Part shown: piece after piece, positions 14,401 through 27,840 of the stretch
Numbering within the stretch: the stretch's first letter is position 1
How the letters are laid out: each line of letters begins with the position of its first letter
The notes under the pieces: generated by a model
Told to the model about the DNA's origin: nothing
The model's database searches: none
What the model saw: only the letters and a program-made list of their open reading frames with translations
Program-made: the position numbers and the translations under genes
NCBI RefSeq assembly: GCF_001194135.2
Contig: NC_068986.1
Location: 35,962,202 to 36,026,201, forward strand
Length of the DNA stretch: 64,000 nt
Origin: Octopus bimaculoides
Taxonomy: Eukaryota
Reading direction: 5' to 3'

Positions 14401-15249
14401 TAAGTTGGCTAAATATCATTGAATTACCTCGTTAATTGAAATATATTTTACAAAACGTGAAATACAAATAACTAAAAAAATGAATGCAAAAATATTTCAG
14501 TATTTTCTTTCTGAATATGATGTGAAATGTCTGAAAAATATATTATATATATATGTCGCATACAATTCTCAATAAAAGCGTTTCTATCTGTCTTCTATAT
14601 GTAATATCATCTCCTATATTGCACTACTGTAAATTAATGATACTTTACTCAATTGCAAAATAATCTTTTGCAAACGAAATATATAGCTCGAGGTCTCGTC
14701 AACACACACAAGTTAATAGATTTTGATTCTCCTCGTTTACGGAGATATATCAAGACCCGCTCATAAGTTCTCTGGAAATTGGTTCTTACATACAAACTAT
14801 TATGTCTGCTTCAAGCAGTTTAATATTGGTACCCACAATATATTTTAATTTTCAATTTATTATTTATTTCCTCTAAGCACATTTTATACGCATTTCCAAC
14901 AAAGATAACAAATTGAAGCCATATTTATGACAGGATCCATCAGAAAGGTTGTAATAAAGGCTGACATTCAACGATTGAGTACTATAAATATATAAGTTTA
15001 TATCTTTATATGCAATAAAATATTACAAACAGTTGATCAGTAAAGTCTATATAGAGTTTATTCTGATGATGTTAAATATTATTACCTTCACCTTGTTATA
15101 TGATGGTCGTATACACATTCGCTAGCGGAATTATCTCCAACACTTAATGGAGATGGGTCCAGCGAAAAATTATTAAAAAAAATTCCTTGTATCCAGTTGG
15201 AAATACTGCAAACTTTGATAGCTATCCCTATAAAATAATTTCATTTTCA

Positions 15250-15950
15250 TCGTTTCCATTTAATTATAACCTACTACAACCAACTAAATAGAAAATTCTT
15301 CCCTTGGAACACAAAAGCAACCATAGGGTATAAACTCAGCTATTCTATTTGAGTCTTTTCTCCCTTGCAGTTACCTTTGCATTAATGTCTTCAATGTCTC
15401 CTACCACTGCGTTTTTTTTTTATTGCGTTGAGGCACTCATAACAAAGAAGTATTTATTCCTTCATGACTTTAATTTGAACTCGCGCCCATGAAATTTATC
15501 TTCCCTTCTATATTGATTAAAATCTGTTGGTACAACATTGTCAGTCGCTGAGCCGACGTACCAAGATGATCAACAGTAACAATATGAGATTTAAATTTTT
15601 CTGAATGTTCAACTTGAAGTTAATTAGCAACAAAGTACGTTCTTAGCTGTTTTCAGTATCATTTCTCCATCTATAATAACACATTAATTTGGAAATGTAA
15701 TAGACAGGGTAAGGTCCTCAAACTGTGTTTTATATTTGAGACGATGTAACTTGAGAAAGTTTACTACATTATAAGTAACCAGAAAACTCTGAGCACATTC
15801 TCATATGCATTTACGAAATGCTATCAGTGATTCTGTAACTGGAGGTGATTATAATTGGAATATTCCTCAAAATTATGGCAAGACCTTAATACATAAACGA
15901 ACAGATATAGGATATATAGTCATCTATCCAACATTTCAGTCACTTAGGTG
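15250..15950 (-). mobile_element. Decayed RTE-clade LINE RT fragment
   Basis: VNFLKLHRLKYKTQFEDLTLSITFPN*CVII resembles RTE LFNLxRLxAKTK...LFADDCAL. It is followed by FKLNIQK and VYTLWLLLC-like remnants. Confidence 0.4.
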
Positions 15951-16459
15951 TTTTGATTGCTTTTATTTACAACCCCTATCGAGGCAAATGTACATTCACA
16001 CACATATCTTTACAATCAGGGATTGCAAAGCTGAGCAACATGACGGGTTTTATTCCGAAATGCAAAACCTGTTACGTGTCAAATGGATACCATAGAGTTA
16101 CCGAGAATAGGGTTACCACATGTTGATTTTGCTATTAAACAAGATTCAATCCTGCTAGACTGCTATCGTGATACCATATTTGTATGATAATTTGGAAAAA
16201 TGAAAAGAAAAATGTTTTAAAAGAATATTTGCCTAGTATTCAAATACAAGGGGCATTTCCCCTGTTTCTACCTGTCTCTGTCTCTCTTGTTTACTCTTGT
16301 GGGTTCGGGTCAATGCCGTGGCATTGCCGCCGGAGAGTGATTAAAACGAGAGTAAAAGAGTATATACAACAACCATTTTTAAAAATTCCAAACTTTAAAA
16401 TTCCAACTTGACGACTTAGTAATGAAATAGCACCTACATGTTGCTTATTATCATTATTA

Positions 16460-16540
<81 letters not shown>

Positions 16541-18639
16541 TTGTTGTTTTTGTTGGTATCATCATCATTGCATAAACTATATCAGTAAGTTGGCATTCAT
16601 TTCCTAAATATATAATATTTGGAGTTTTCTGCAGCACAATTAGAGGAGCACATTAATTTGAACACACCAGTAGAGAAGCACTAAAATAAGGACATCAAGG
16701 AAAAGAAGCTAAATACTATGAATAGGATGCTGCAAATCCACTAACTTGTATCCTAGGCAACGTTACTGCAAAAATACTTGAAAGGATTGGCAAAAGTGTT
16801 GGCACTATGGAACTTGAAGGTATTGAAACTCTAAATGGTTGACTCTTCATTCTGCCATTTTTCTTCCTATTTCAAAATATTCTGTACATCTGAAGCTTCT
16901 ATTTACTACTCAAACTAGCCGAAGATACAGGCACAACTACGTATCTAATAATAGCTACTGCAATGCTAATCGTTTGAATATGGTTGCAATTTAGTCTAAA
17001 AATAGAATCTCTCAGTAAGAACGACATGGTTAGCTAATCGATATCTGGAAACGATTAATAGTCTGTGCTGTTGGTTAGAGTAGAAAAAGATAATGCTGTA
17101 ACCCGCACAACGTGAACGTTCAGACCAGTATCGTAAATTCGTTATCCTATTTACTATTGTAATCTAAACACTGAATAACATACAAATAAAATGTTAAAAT
17201 ATTCTTTGCACATACAGTATTGTTAGTATTTGAAGTAACCATAATAATAATAATAATAATAATAATAATANNNNNNNNNNAATAGCTATAGTATTTTAAA
17301 TAAAAGCTTACATATTCTGTTGATAGTAAAAATGCTTTCATTTACTGAAAAAAGAAATTTTAAGTCTTGTTGTTTATGCTTTATACGAAATCACCCGTTT
17401 AAGAAATACCCTACCATAAAAATAAATTTTCTACAATATCTTAAATGATTTTGAAGGAAATCTCCTGATTATATGTTCAGTATAAATCTTGTCATTTATC
17501 ATTTTCTTTTCAGTTTTGCTGAAATATATAAATTACTGTTAATTAGAGAAATGAATTTAATTGCGTTAATTTTCTTATTAAATGTCCAACATTTAATTTC
17601 AACTTGTTTCGCCCACTTCAAATTCACACACACACACACACATATAGAAAAGTCCTTGAAGATTGAAAGACTCGATTAACACATGAATATATTTGCTACA
17701 GAATATATTTGTTACAGAATATATTTGTGAAAGAATTAGTGCATGAATCACTGAAGAACAGTAATGTGAGTAGAAACTAAACATCATTATATCAGTTCAA
17801 TCCACACGTATCTCTCATTTTTTTCTACATTCTATGTTTCGATTTCTTTGCACACGGATATTTAAACATATTTACACAAATACATGAACGAAAACCGTTT
17901 TAAAATGCGGTTGAGAAGATCACTTCACAATTCTGTTGTCTTGGGTTTTAACCCATATGTGGAACATTGAGTAAAGGTTCCTATTTTAGCCCATATATAT
18001 GTGTGCACGTGTGCCCTCTACAAACATTGTGCGTGCGAAAGGAATAAATAAGTCTGTTGATAATAATGATAATGTGTTCATTTACAGAAAATGAAATTTT
18101 ATAGTGGGGCATATTTATGAGTGTATAAATATGCTATTCTATTCACGAAACATAACCACAGTATAATGAGAGAAAAAGTGAGGTAAAAAATAAAAGAACG
18201 CGGGTTCTTAATTACCCAAGCACCACATTTATTCCTTTAATTTCCATACGATAGATTCTAAAAGTTTGATCAAAATAAACAAAGGTAGATCTTTGTCTGA
18301 AAGTACGTGCAAAAGATGCTTATAGATAATGTTGATTTAGAAACAATGTCACAGAGGTTATAAGGAAATGAAACTGCGGTGAAAAGCAAGCTTACTTATA
18401 AAAGCAATATATAAGAGGCTTATTGCAGATATCTAATGTGAAGTCGAAAGATCAACGGTACAGAGTTTAAAAAGGGAAGCAGTTTAAGAGCATGCAGTTC
18501 CAGAATGAATATGGGGAAAATTTACTTAAATAATTTCTAAAGTTATTAATACGACAAAGAAAAGTAAGTAAATGTAACAAAACTTTATTAAGAATTTTGA
18601 CGAAGAATTTGATCATTATTAAATTTAATCTGTATAGAA

Positions 18640-18830
18640 TAGCATGTTTAAATTCCATAGGTGATATGCGTGGTTGCACAACGATGGTCATATGTTCACA
18701 AAGTAGCAAAAACTTTGGGTTTGTTATCACACAACATAAGATTAGCAATGAAAGATTCTGGATGTGTGCGAAGGTTTGCAAGAAAGGACCCAATGATTCA
18801 AAAGCTAATAAAACCAAAGGCTCAGCTGGT
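18640..18830 (+). mobile_element. Possible mariner transposase HTH remnant
   Basis: VHKVAKTLGLLSHNIRLAMKDSGCVRRFARKDP resembles the mariner second HTH and the WVP linker. No TIRs found. Confidence 0.3.
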
Positions 18831-19018
18831 CTGAAGAGTTCTACAATAAGTAAGGAGATATTTGATCGAAAAAGTATCGATACCAGCTCTCCGAATCAAG
18901 ATGTGTATATTCATACATGCATACATACATACATACATACATACATACATACATACATACGCACACATAAATAAACAAACATATAGATGGATAAATAGTT
19001 ATACACACACACATATAT

Positions 19019-19311
19019 TGTGAAGGTACATGACTCAGTGGTTAGAGTCTCGGGTTCACAATCCTGAGGTATTGAGTTCGATTCCCGGTCCGGGCTGTGT
19101 TGTGTCCTTAAGGAAGACACTTTATTTCACGTTGCTCCATTTCACTCTGCTGTAGAAATGAGTTGCGTCATCACTAGTGTCAAGCTGTAGAGAAGTGAGG
19201 CAGCTATGCATGGGCAACTACTGGTCTTCCATAAACAACCTTGCCGGAGTTGTGCCTTGAAGGGTAAATTTCTAGGTGCAGTCCCATGGTTTCATGGCCG
19301 AAAGGGTTCGT
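19019..19311 (+). mobile_element. tRNA-derived SINE with CORE-like domain (family A)
   Basis: A box tgactcagtgg, B box gagttcgattccc, then gttgtgtccttaaggaagacactttatttcac...gctgtagaaatgag. Ends in TA/CA repeats. Confidence 0.8.
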
Positions 19312-19325
19312 TATATATACACACA

Positions 19326-19421
<96 letters not shown>
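19312..19421. repeat. (CA)n-(TA)n compound microsatellite at the SINE 3' end
   Basis: Direct reading. Confidence 0.95.
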
Positions 19422-19423
<2 letters not shown>

Positions 19424-19569
19424 CGAACACATGGCTCAACAAAAAAGCATGAAGGTCTGGTTGTTTACGGAGAACAGCTACACATGGAAGAATTAAACAG
19501 GGTATACGGAGACTGGTGCAAAAGGTAAATGAGAGTTAATAGTTGCTGAAAATGGCCGAAAATACTGAC

Positions 19570-19722
19570 ACTCTTATTTATATTATTTACATTCAATGGA
19601 TATTTGTCCTCATCTGCTTTGTTGTTAACACAATGTTTCGGCTGATATACCCTCCAGCCTTAATCAGGTGTCTTGGGAGAAATTTCGAATCTGGGATCCC
19701 ATTCCTAAGGTATTTTTCGATG
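19570..19722 (-). mobile_element. Penelope-type pseudo-LTR with decayed hammerhead, abutting a (TTA)n microsatellite
   Basis: Minus strand GACAC-CTGATTA-A-GGCTG(GAGGGTATAT)CAGCC-GAAAC-ATT-GTGTT at 19672-19627. Confidence 0.65.
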
Positions 19723-19728
19723 ATGTTG

Positions 19729-19785
<57 letters not shown>

Positions 19786-19992
19786 GCCACCAACGAGACC
19801 GCAAATGAAAAATATAAGTTAATCCTAGAGAGCGCAATATTCCTAAAGGTCAGCAATGGTCTTCTTCGGTCACGAGTGGACGGCCATCATATATATTATC
19901 TTATATACCTTTTATTAAGTTGCCTATACGGCTGTAGGCTCGCGGCTAACATCTATATTATTTTTAGCAATATTATCGTTCTTATATTTAAG

Positions 19993-20041
<49 letters not shown>

Positions 20042-20230
20042 ACGTGTGTATACACTTCTCTAAGTATTAAATATATATGTTTTGCAAACAATTTGCACAT
20101 GCAAGTGATACCAGTCGAAAACTCCGCATACCAGAAGCCAGCGAGTGTGTGGTGTCATCAGGAGAGAATACGCGCCGTTTCGGGGCCTACCTCTCGACGG
20201 CATTAATGCGCACTGATATGAGGCTCCGCT

Positions 20231-21022
20231 TGTAAATGAAAGACGGAAGAAGGAATATGCGAGAATTTATTAATCACGACATCTAGCATCGGTGCAGATG
20301 TATATGGTCGGGTGATAAATAGATACAGCTCGTTAAAATAACAATTCCGCAATGTAACTTATCGTTTTGTAGAAAGAAAAACAGCCAGATGGAGGTAATA
20401 TCTTCATTTATATAGTAGACCAAAAATAAAATCACAGATAGGGAACAAAGAGAAATGAACACGCAATACAGCGAGGAAGATATTAAAAATAACCGTTTAC
20501 AAATATGGATGTATAAACACCCTCGGTCAAAGCTGCATGACGCAAGCTCGCTCATACAAGCATCCGCGAAAATGTGAGCATACGCATGATATCATATCAC
20601 ATGTGTGCGTATGCTCACATTTTCGCGGATGATTGCATGAGCGAGTGTATTCGCATCATGCAGCTTGCCCGAGGGCGATTATACATCCACATTTGTTAAC
20701 GGTTATTTGTTATACTTTCCTCGCATTATTGCGTATTCGTTTCTCTTGTTTTCACATCTGTCATTTTTGATCTTTTATATAAATGAAGATATTTTCTCCG
20801 TCTGATTGTTTTTCTTTTTACAAAAGGAGAAGTTACGTTGCGGAACTGTTGTTTTATCAATTTGTATCTATTTATCACTCGACGAGATACATGTGCGTCG
20901 CCGGATGCTCCTGAACCAGTTGTTGAGTGTCCCACCCATCAGGGCTCGATACTAGATGTGTCAGAAGAATTGTCGTGAACAATAAATTCTCCTATACTCC
21001 ATCTCCAGTCTTTCATTTAACA
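20231..21022. repeat. ~790-bp imperfect inverted repeat (foldback / long-TIR MITE-like element)
   Basis: The arms align as reverse complements from gtctttcattta at the ends to the centre (roughly 75-80% identity by eye, with one ~45-nt insertion in the right arm). The inner 26 bp (20561-20586 and 20606-20631) are perfectly complementary around a 19-nt loop. Confidence 0.9.
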
Positions 21023-21189
21023 TATATATAACGATCACAATGAAAATGACCGTGCTTCACCAGTAAGCTACCAAGTGTAAACCATTCGTTATACTATACA
21101 ATAATATGTGTGTGTGTGTGTGTGTGTGTGTGTCTTTGTGTGTGTGTGTGTGTATGTGTGTACGTGGGTATACACATATATGAATATTA

Positions 21190-21232
<43 letters not shown>

Positions 21233-21403
21233 ATGTNNNNNNNNNNNNNNNNNNNNNNNNNNNNNNNNNNNNNNNNNNNNNNNNNNNNNNNNNNNNNNNN
21301 NNNNNNNNNNNNNNNNNNNNNNNNNNNNNNNNNNNNNNNNNNNNNNNNNNNNNNNNNNNNNNNNNNNNNNNNNNNNNNNNNNNNNNNNNNNNNNNNNNNN
21401 NNN

Positions 21404-21438
<35 letters not shown>

Positions 21439-23385
21439 GTACACACATATATAAGTATTATATATATATACAGACACAAACACACGTAGTGTTTGCCTGT
21501 CTATGATTTCCTGTATGAATGTTTAAAGAGGGATGCTGCCAATCCATTCAACTTAATGTCAGAGGTGCTTTGAACTAACAAATAGTTGAGGAACACTAAT
21601 ATTGCAGCTTCGGCGTCGTGTTGTTTTGTAACGATCACTCTCTTAGCTTTCGAATATTGATCAGATGCGAATGAAATTGTAGTTTATAAGAATCTGCTAT
21701 ATTTCTGGTTCGTAAGCTCACTTTTCAGTAGCAAAATGTTCTTGTGCAGCTGTTGCTGTTCAGTAGGATTGATTACCTTAAAGCGGGTTGCCTTCACTCG
21801 GTAACAGTGAGGAGATACGATAGGGTAAGGGACTGATACCAGGTAAACAGTTGGTATAAAGTAAAAAAAAAAAAATGAGCAGTCTATTAATTTTTGAAAA
21901 GTGTGTTGGTCAAAATAACTTGTAGGTGAGAAGAGTAACTGGTGCAAGCAATTCAAAATATATAGCGATAGCAATTGTTGTTTGAGAAACCTAATTAATT
22001 TTAAACTCGAAAAGTGTTTTCCAATAACCAATTGTTGTTACCGATAAATCTAATTAATTTTTTCAAAATAAAAAAAAATGAATGATAAAAGGAAAAAGGA
22101 AAAGAGAGAAAACTGATTTCATAAGAAAGCTATAGAAATTTCTGTCTTATTTTTTCTTTCTCAGCAATCCTCTCTTAAGCTGCAGTAAAGTAAGAATTGT
22201 TTTAAACACAGTATATTCAATGGAGCAAGTCGCAGCTGATCGATTCTATCGAGATTGACTAGTTTTCAAATTGTCGATGGTTCAAACGACATCACTGCAA
22301 TTGCACAAAGGTCATGGCCAAGGCAATAACACCAAAATACTCCAGTCACTACATCTAGTAGAATCCAACAAAAACATTATGTGGAATCTTTTTTTTTTAT
22401 GTTGTCATTCATTATAGGTGTTTGTCTCAAACATTCCCTGATTCAGTAGACTTGTAAAGTAAGGCATTCTTGCTGTGATTATCTCGTATTTCACCAATTA
22501 ATACATGCAAAACTACATTTTCCATTATAATGCATATACATTTTCAGTGATGATGGAATTCAGGGAGATTAGGTTACTACTACTAGTAATTCTACCAAGT
22601 GTGATGAAAATCTCTCGATGCTCGTGTATATTGAGTAGTTAATACAGGACTTTAAGTGCTTCTCTGCCTGCCTAATTATCTAGTGTTTCATTAACATCTA
22701 ATGTAATCAGTACAACAATTAGTCAAATGGATCCATTACCTTTAAAATTTCGTGAAATTATTAAATTTCCTGGGTTTAAACTTTCTGGTATTATAAAAAG
22801 AAACAGCAGCATGCATGGGATTCGTGCAACTGACGGTGTGTATATAAATTATCTAAGCCGGAGGATTTGATTCTGTTTATAAAATTATTCGCATATATAT
22901 GCCATTATGTGAATATCTGACTCCTTTTTACGACAATCCTACGTAATTCGCACTTTAAAAGTCCCATGTAAATCAAAAAGCACAATTACATCTGAATGTC
23001 TAGCGCACACTTATATTCATATTTATTTTATTTTTCATTGCTTTTCTGGTTCATGTAGGTGAACTTGACTTATTCAACTTATTCAGATAATTATTCTGAT
23101 GTCTACGTAACTATATTTGCATTTACCTATTTCGAAAGAGACGAACGGGCAGTAAATAGATTAGATAAATGATTGCTCGGACAACTGATATAATCATAAG
23201 CAAGGGTAACCCCACTGAACATAATTACGGGGCCTGAATATTGTATATGGATAATTCTAATTTCGGATAACTGATATTCAAATACACGAAGTTCGACCGT
23301 ATACATGTCAATTGTATGTCTTCATCCGCATTGGCTAATCCACGAGTGAGTGTCTGCGTTTATATAAGTGCATCTATGTAACGAT

Positions 23386-23417
<32 letters not shown>

Positions 23418-24279
23418 TTATATATATATAGCCTGTTCGAGTGAGATCTTGTGATTAAGCATGAAGACGTTCTCTTGTGTACATGTGTAATGGGAATTTT
23501 TATTTTGCAGTGTGTCTATTTTCTTCTGTGCGGTTATCTTTATATGCGTGAATATGAGCATTTGTAAGATTGCATGTTTATGAAAGCGCTTGAAAGTGTC
23601 CGTATAAGTGACTAAATATTCGTATCTGTTCTGTTCAAATGTTTGCGTATGCATCTGTACCCATTGATGTGTGAGCATTTTCTCTATATATATATGAGTG
23701 CAGAATTCTCTTTTGTTTTGTGTTCGTCTTTCATGTTCCTACCGATGAATTACAGTACGTAAATTTTGATAAGTGGTAGCCAGGAGCCAGGTGTTAAGTC
23801 TACAGGACAGTAAAAAAATAATATACAATAAAACAAAAAATAGAAAGTAAATCACCGCGAGAATGGATGTGAATGTGGATCTCGGACAGCAGGGGAGTCT
23901 ATGCATATAATGATAACTGTGGCTGTCCTGATCGCACCAACATAGCAATTTTCTTGTGTCTAACGATGTCCCGAAATAGCAAAACAAAAACAAGAGTGAC
24001 TACAACTACAACAAAAACGCCAACTAATCGATAACTGAAAATGAACAGTAATTCTACTGGTGATGCCGCTAGTGAGTGGTGGTGGATGTGGAGGCGGTGA
24101 CATTGGTGAGGACTAAATGTAATGGATGAAGCGTTTCCTTCTAATTTTTTTATCTGTATTTCAAGTGCAGTATGNNNNNNNNNNNNNNNNNNNNNNNNNN
24201 NNNNNNNNNNNNNNNNNNNNNNNNNNNNNNNNNNNNNNNNNNNNNNNNNNNNNNNNNNNNNNNNNNNNNNNNNNNNNNN

Positions 24280-24311
<32 letters not shown>

Positions 24312-25891
24312 AGGGAAGAGAATGAGAGAGAGAAAGAGAAAGTTGAAAGAAGAGAAAGGTGATATAAATGAAAGAAAGGCAGAGAAAATAAGCAACAGTG
24401 AAGTAGCAGAAGAGAGAATGTGGAGGGAGAAGAAGAAAAGAGACACATGAAATAAGACAGAGGTGAAAGGAACCAGGTGAAGAAACAAGAACGAGATGAA
24501 AGAACAGAGACACAAACGACAAGTAATATATAGAAGTGTGTATGTGCGTGAGGTGAATGCGTGTGTCAGTGTATGAGAGAGAAGCGGTGGAGTAGGAAAT
24601 AAAGAGAAAAACGTAGAAGCAATAATTGAGCCAGAAATGTGATGTTTACAACCAGCTCAATTCGATCAACTTTATAAATGGCTTCATCGCACAAATTCAA
24701 TGAAGTGTACAGTTCTAAAGTTGGAACGTTACGTCCGTAAAGAAATATTTCCACAACACAGATACACACAATTTTAGATGCACACATATACAAGTGTGTG
24801 CGCATACGCATAGCTTTTCACATCCTTATACAGACACATTCGACAATTCTTTACATACATGTACATACATATAGCTTTCACTCGATTGCTCTTTATATAG
24901 TGCTCGTTCTAAAACTGCTATCCCGCCTATCTTTACCGTTAATAGACAGCCATTTTGGAATTCATTATATTTTAAACCTGCTTGCTGTTATCTCATCACG
25001 CACACAGATGATATCATTGCTTTCTCCGTTATTTCTATTCTATATCTTCATACACTACTCCTGCTCGTCGTCCCGAATTTACTCTCCACTGTTCCTTGTT
25101 TCAACTAGATCTTTTTATATTTCTCAACACACATATCAACCTGTAAATTTTTCTTCTAGCTGTTTCTTTTCCATGCACAAATTTACTATTTCTCTCCACA
25201 CTCTCTGTCTCTCTCTACTTCTCTTCAGTCTTTTCTCAAGACTTACATTCATTCAGGTTTATTTACATTCCCTTCTTGTCTTCAAAGAAATACAATTTAG
25301 CACAAACCTTTCATTCATTCTTCAATTTCTCCCGGTGTCACTGATCTACAACACTACACTTTTTTATCATATATTCTTGCTGACTAAGTAAAGGTCTTTT
25401 AAATTTAGTATTGTCTTTACTCTCCAGCTCTTTCTTAATTTTACTTTTTACTTCCTATAATTATATTCTCTTTCCCAAACTTTTATTACTGCTTATCTCT
25501 TATACGAACGAACATGTCTTCGATTCAACGAACGAACATGTATTCGATCGCTTGGCATTTTAGGAATAAGTGCTTGATCTACCTCAAATGGCATTATACC
25601 ATCTTAGAAATGGGAAAGGCAGAATGGTAATATAGATTTAAATGGCCCAAAAATGATGGATTGTTCATTGATAGAGGATCTGTGAACGTAGATCAACAAA
25701 ACACTGCCTTACAACAGCCACTACCTCTAATCCCCGATATGTTGAAAATGCGAGGTGTCAATATCAGCAGAACATCGACCAGAATGTCATATGAACTTAA
25801 GCCTCTTCTCTGTATATTCTAATTTCAAATTCTCAGCGAATTTTGCGTCTCAACCTTGCACACTTGGTAAAATAAACTTCCAGGATATCCA

Positions 25892-26097
25892 TGAGGGGGT
25901 GGTGAAAACTTCCGGGCTTGCAGTAAAGGAAAATACAGGGGGATCACCTAATTATGATTTTAATCAACACATTCCCCACTCAGATTGCACTAATTGCAGC
26001 GGCCCTTCAGTTTTTCTAAACCCTGTAAAAGAACTCGGAATGTTGGGACTCTAAACATGCGATACCCTTAAAGCGAGGAACTTTAGGCACCCCGTCG
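25892..26097. mobile_element. ~205-bp Tc1/mariner-type MITE
   Basis: Left TIR (ca)tgagggggtggtgaaaacttccgggcttg and right TIR aaagcgaggaactttaggcaccccgtcg(ta) are mutually complementary with mismatches and resemble mariner TIRs. The TA target is intact on the right. Confidence 0.65.
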
Positions 26098-26420
26098 TAG
26101 GTGTTTCAGTACCTCACTATTTCTGCCTGTGTAGGAAGGGATAAACTCCCGCAAACCCCTATTATTAAGAAAAAAAAAACTATCAGCTACGAGAGAAGGA
26201 ATAGAATCGACTATACCCTTTCCCCCAAGAAGTACCTAAACTACGGAACCGAACACAGTTTTGAGTAGTTTCTCTCACCCAAATTTCTCGTTATATTATT
26301 CCCCTGCGATTTTAATATATCACCTTTGCACTTCTCATCCAGATCTATTCCGTCTATAATTTCTCTATCACTCTAATATCTTCTGTATTTATATCATAAC
26401 TGTCACAGTCTTTCATTTTC

Positions 26421-26483
<63 letters not shown>

Positions 26484-27499
26484 CTCAGTTCATTCACTTC
26501 GTATTTTCCAATCTTTATCTCCTGCCATTAAGCACAGTATTCGAACATTACTTGACAATCCGTTGACTGTAAATAAAAGTGTTATTTTTAGAAAGCAGCT
26601 GAGGCCGATCATTATTATATCCGCTATTTTCTCTTCCCATTTACCTCTCTCCCTCTATCTATCTCTATCTCTATCTCTTTATCTGTCTTTGTTATTTCTG
26701 CTTCTTTTCCCCAATAATCGCCGCTTCTCGCTTTTGGAGATAACTAATTGTTCGAAGATCTGGTTACTCTGCTCTTTCCTCATTGATATCAATCTGTAAA
26801 CGTACCGAATAAACTTTCCTTCTACCAAACTCAACAAATATAATTTCAAAAAGAAAAAATAAATAAAATAAAAAAGTATGAAACAAAACATATAACAACA
26901 ACCAAATAAAACAAAAAAAGAAAGCACCCTTCGGAAAACAAAATATTCAACAATAACAAGCAATGACTTCAATTAAAGGAAGCCAAGAGAATGCTTAACT
27001 AAATAACCTAAAATAAAACAGAGACAGCGTGAGATAGCGTGTTACTAACAAATGAAATGCCTGTTGTTTACTGTGTATTTCAATATTTTCATTACTCGTG
27101 ATTTAATGAATGATAAGTTTTAAAGAACGCAAATATTGAGTTATTTTCCACTGAACAGATCCTCATCCATTATTAAACAAATTAATTGCCAACATACATT
27201 TGATATATTTTCGAACATATGCTTGCACGGGTATACATACATACATACACGCATACATACATACATACATACATACATACATACATACATACCCGCACGC
27301 ACATAAACACACATACACGCATACACATAGACAGACAAGCGCGTGCGCACAAACATGTATGTGATTTAGAACCTGTAGCTCATTGTGTTACAAGTTCCAT
27401 CCCGTTGCACAGTACCTTGGAATCATTATTTACTATAATCCTGCGTTGACTAATTAATACCTTGTGAGTGGAACTCGACATGTGTTTTTGTATTCACAC

Positions 27500-27537
<38 letters not shown>

Positions 27538-27629
27538 CTTTTCTCACACAAGTATATGTATAACAATTACTGACACCAATACAACAACAGAGAGCCACTG
27601 TCTTAAATTTTGTAAGGCCCATGCTTTGT

Positions 27630-27840
27630 GGTTCGTGTGTTGCACTTACGATCTCCAGATCGTTGTCCATTTCCAGGACTGGGCGGTGCAATTTATTCTT
27701 GAGCACAATGCTTCATTTCCCGAGGCTCCACTCCACTCACCTGTAAATGATGAACCCTGCGACGAACTGGCGTCTTTTCTGGGAGAAATGCTGTCATGTC
27801 GGTCTCTTATACGTCATTGAAACCGGATATCCAGCCCTAT
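27630..27840 (+). mobile_element. Diverged SINE related to 28015-28238
   Basis: Contains ttcttgagcacaatgcttcatttc, cgaggctcc and ctgcgacgaactggcg, matching the reverse complement of 28020-28122. Confidence 0.6.

Noticed and set aside
19019-19100. tRNA-gene-like heads here and at 28160-28238, 29490-29561 and 37730-37807
   Set aside because: A/B boxes run straight into SINE bodies, and there is no complete cloverleaf or acceptor stem.
21774-21829. 56-nt minus-strand exon-like segment ending AAG|gtaatc
   Set aside because: Its length is not frame-compatible with the phase 0-0 junction, there is no homology, and the 168-nt exon already supplies the expected sequence.
23328-23372. ATTGG plus TATATAA promoter-like pair on the plus strand
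   Set aside because: Common motifs in AT-rich DNA, with no downstream exon or ORF to support an antisense gene.
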